NCBI GenBank assembly: GCA_026770705.1
Contig: JANJGN010000004.1
Location: 128,092,001-128,156,000 of the forward strand
Origin: Isurus oxyrinchus
Lineage: Eukaryota
Direction of reading: 5' to 3'
DNA length: 64,000 nt
Positions within the stretch are counted from its first letter, which is position 1. Each line of letters begins with the position of its first letter. The position numbers and the translations under genes are program-made. The notes beneath the pieces are model-generated. The model saw nothing but the letters and a program-made list of their open reading frames with translations. It ran no database searches and had not been told where the DNA came from. Shown piece by piece: positions 63,501 through 64,000 of this stretch.

Positions 63501-64000
63501 CAGGTTGTATCATTCCCAGCTTTTCTAATCTGTCTTGTTCTGTGTCAACCTTATCCCTCATTGCACTAAGATCTCATCTTGCCTTTGTGAATCTTGGTGT
63601 TGCCTCTGGATCTACATTTTTTTTGCTTGTAACCCTTCAATTTTTCCAAGTTCTTCCTTGAAAACTGAGGCATATTTTTGCAGTAGCTGTGAAAGTCCAT
63701 TAGTTCTTAGTTGGAAGATTTTGTTCCATTCCAATTTAATTTCTTTCAGCCAGTTTCATCTGAGGAAATTAGGTCCCTCTCCTGCTACTATCATCAAGGG
63801 TAATCTCACTGTTTGACCTTCATAGTTTACTGAAGCTTTACATACACCCTTGACTTGTATGTCTTCTCCTGTGTAAATCTTTAATTTTTCAACCGTTTCT
63901 TCTAAATTCAGTTGACGTTCTCCATGCTCACCAATCACTGCAGTAGTTGTACCAGTATCCAGCTCCATTCTAACCGGCTTCTCATTCACCCTCATGGTTA
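57523..64000 (-). mobile_element. Gypsy LTR retrotransposon (protease, RT, RNase H, integrase, PPT, 3' LTR), degenerate, running off the window end
   Basis: MELDTG protease, VVVYLDDIL RT, LMCDASPYGLGAVL RNase H, VHIDYLGPFMG/FLLII..HSKW integrase. PPT aagggggaggga, then LTR TG(57832)...CA(57523). Confidence 0.95.
58782..62088 (+). mobile_element. Harbinger element with a three-exon Myb/SANT-like gene but no recognisable transposase, inserted in the Gypsy integrase
   Basis: TIRs tggcggaattttc / gaaaattccaccc and TSD ATT on both sides. Removing the element rejoins GPFMGT-MFLLII. Exons ~59027-59259, 59487-59643, 59750-~60700 with GT-AG sites. Confidence 0.92.

Noticed and set aside
1-64000. CRISPR arrays, operons, or prokaryotic defence and retron systems
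   Set aside because: No regularly spaced repeats, and all RT sequences belong to degenerate vertebrate LINE or Gypsy elements.

Overview
Eukaryotic vertebrate DNA, very probably from a shark or other cartilaginous fish (inferred from the repeat families present). Most of the window is nested, degenerate transposable elements: CR1 LINEs (two near full length, with an esterase ORF1), a second CR1-group LINE family with a tRNA-like 5' head and its partner SINE, an L1, several Gypsy LTR elements and solo LTRs, many Harbinger elements and MITEs, a pogo (POGK/Passer-like) transposon, SacSINE1-like Deu-SINEs, and short Penelope-type repeats with hammerhead-like motifs. No intact long ORF is present. 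Four small exon-like segments in unique DNA splice in phase on the minus strand and may be the 3' end of an unidentified host gene with an IQ-like motif. The most striking observation is the LINE at 37501-41051. It starts with the tRNA-derived (Pol III promoter-like) head of the local SINE, has no room for an ORF1, and its roughly 3.1 kb sense strand lacks TTTT runs (the Pol III terminator), which suggests a protein-coding retrotransposon transcribed by Pol III. Coordinates of degenerate repeats are approximate and read by eye.
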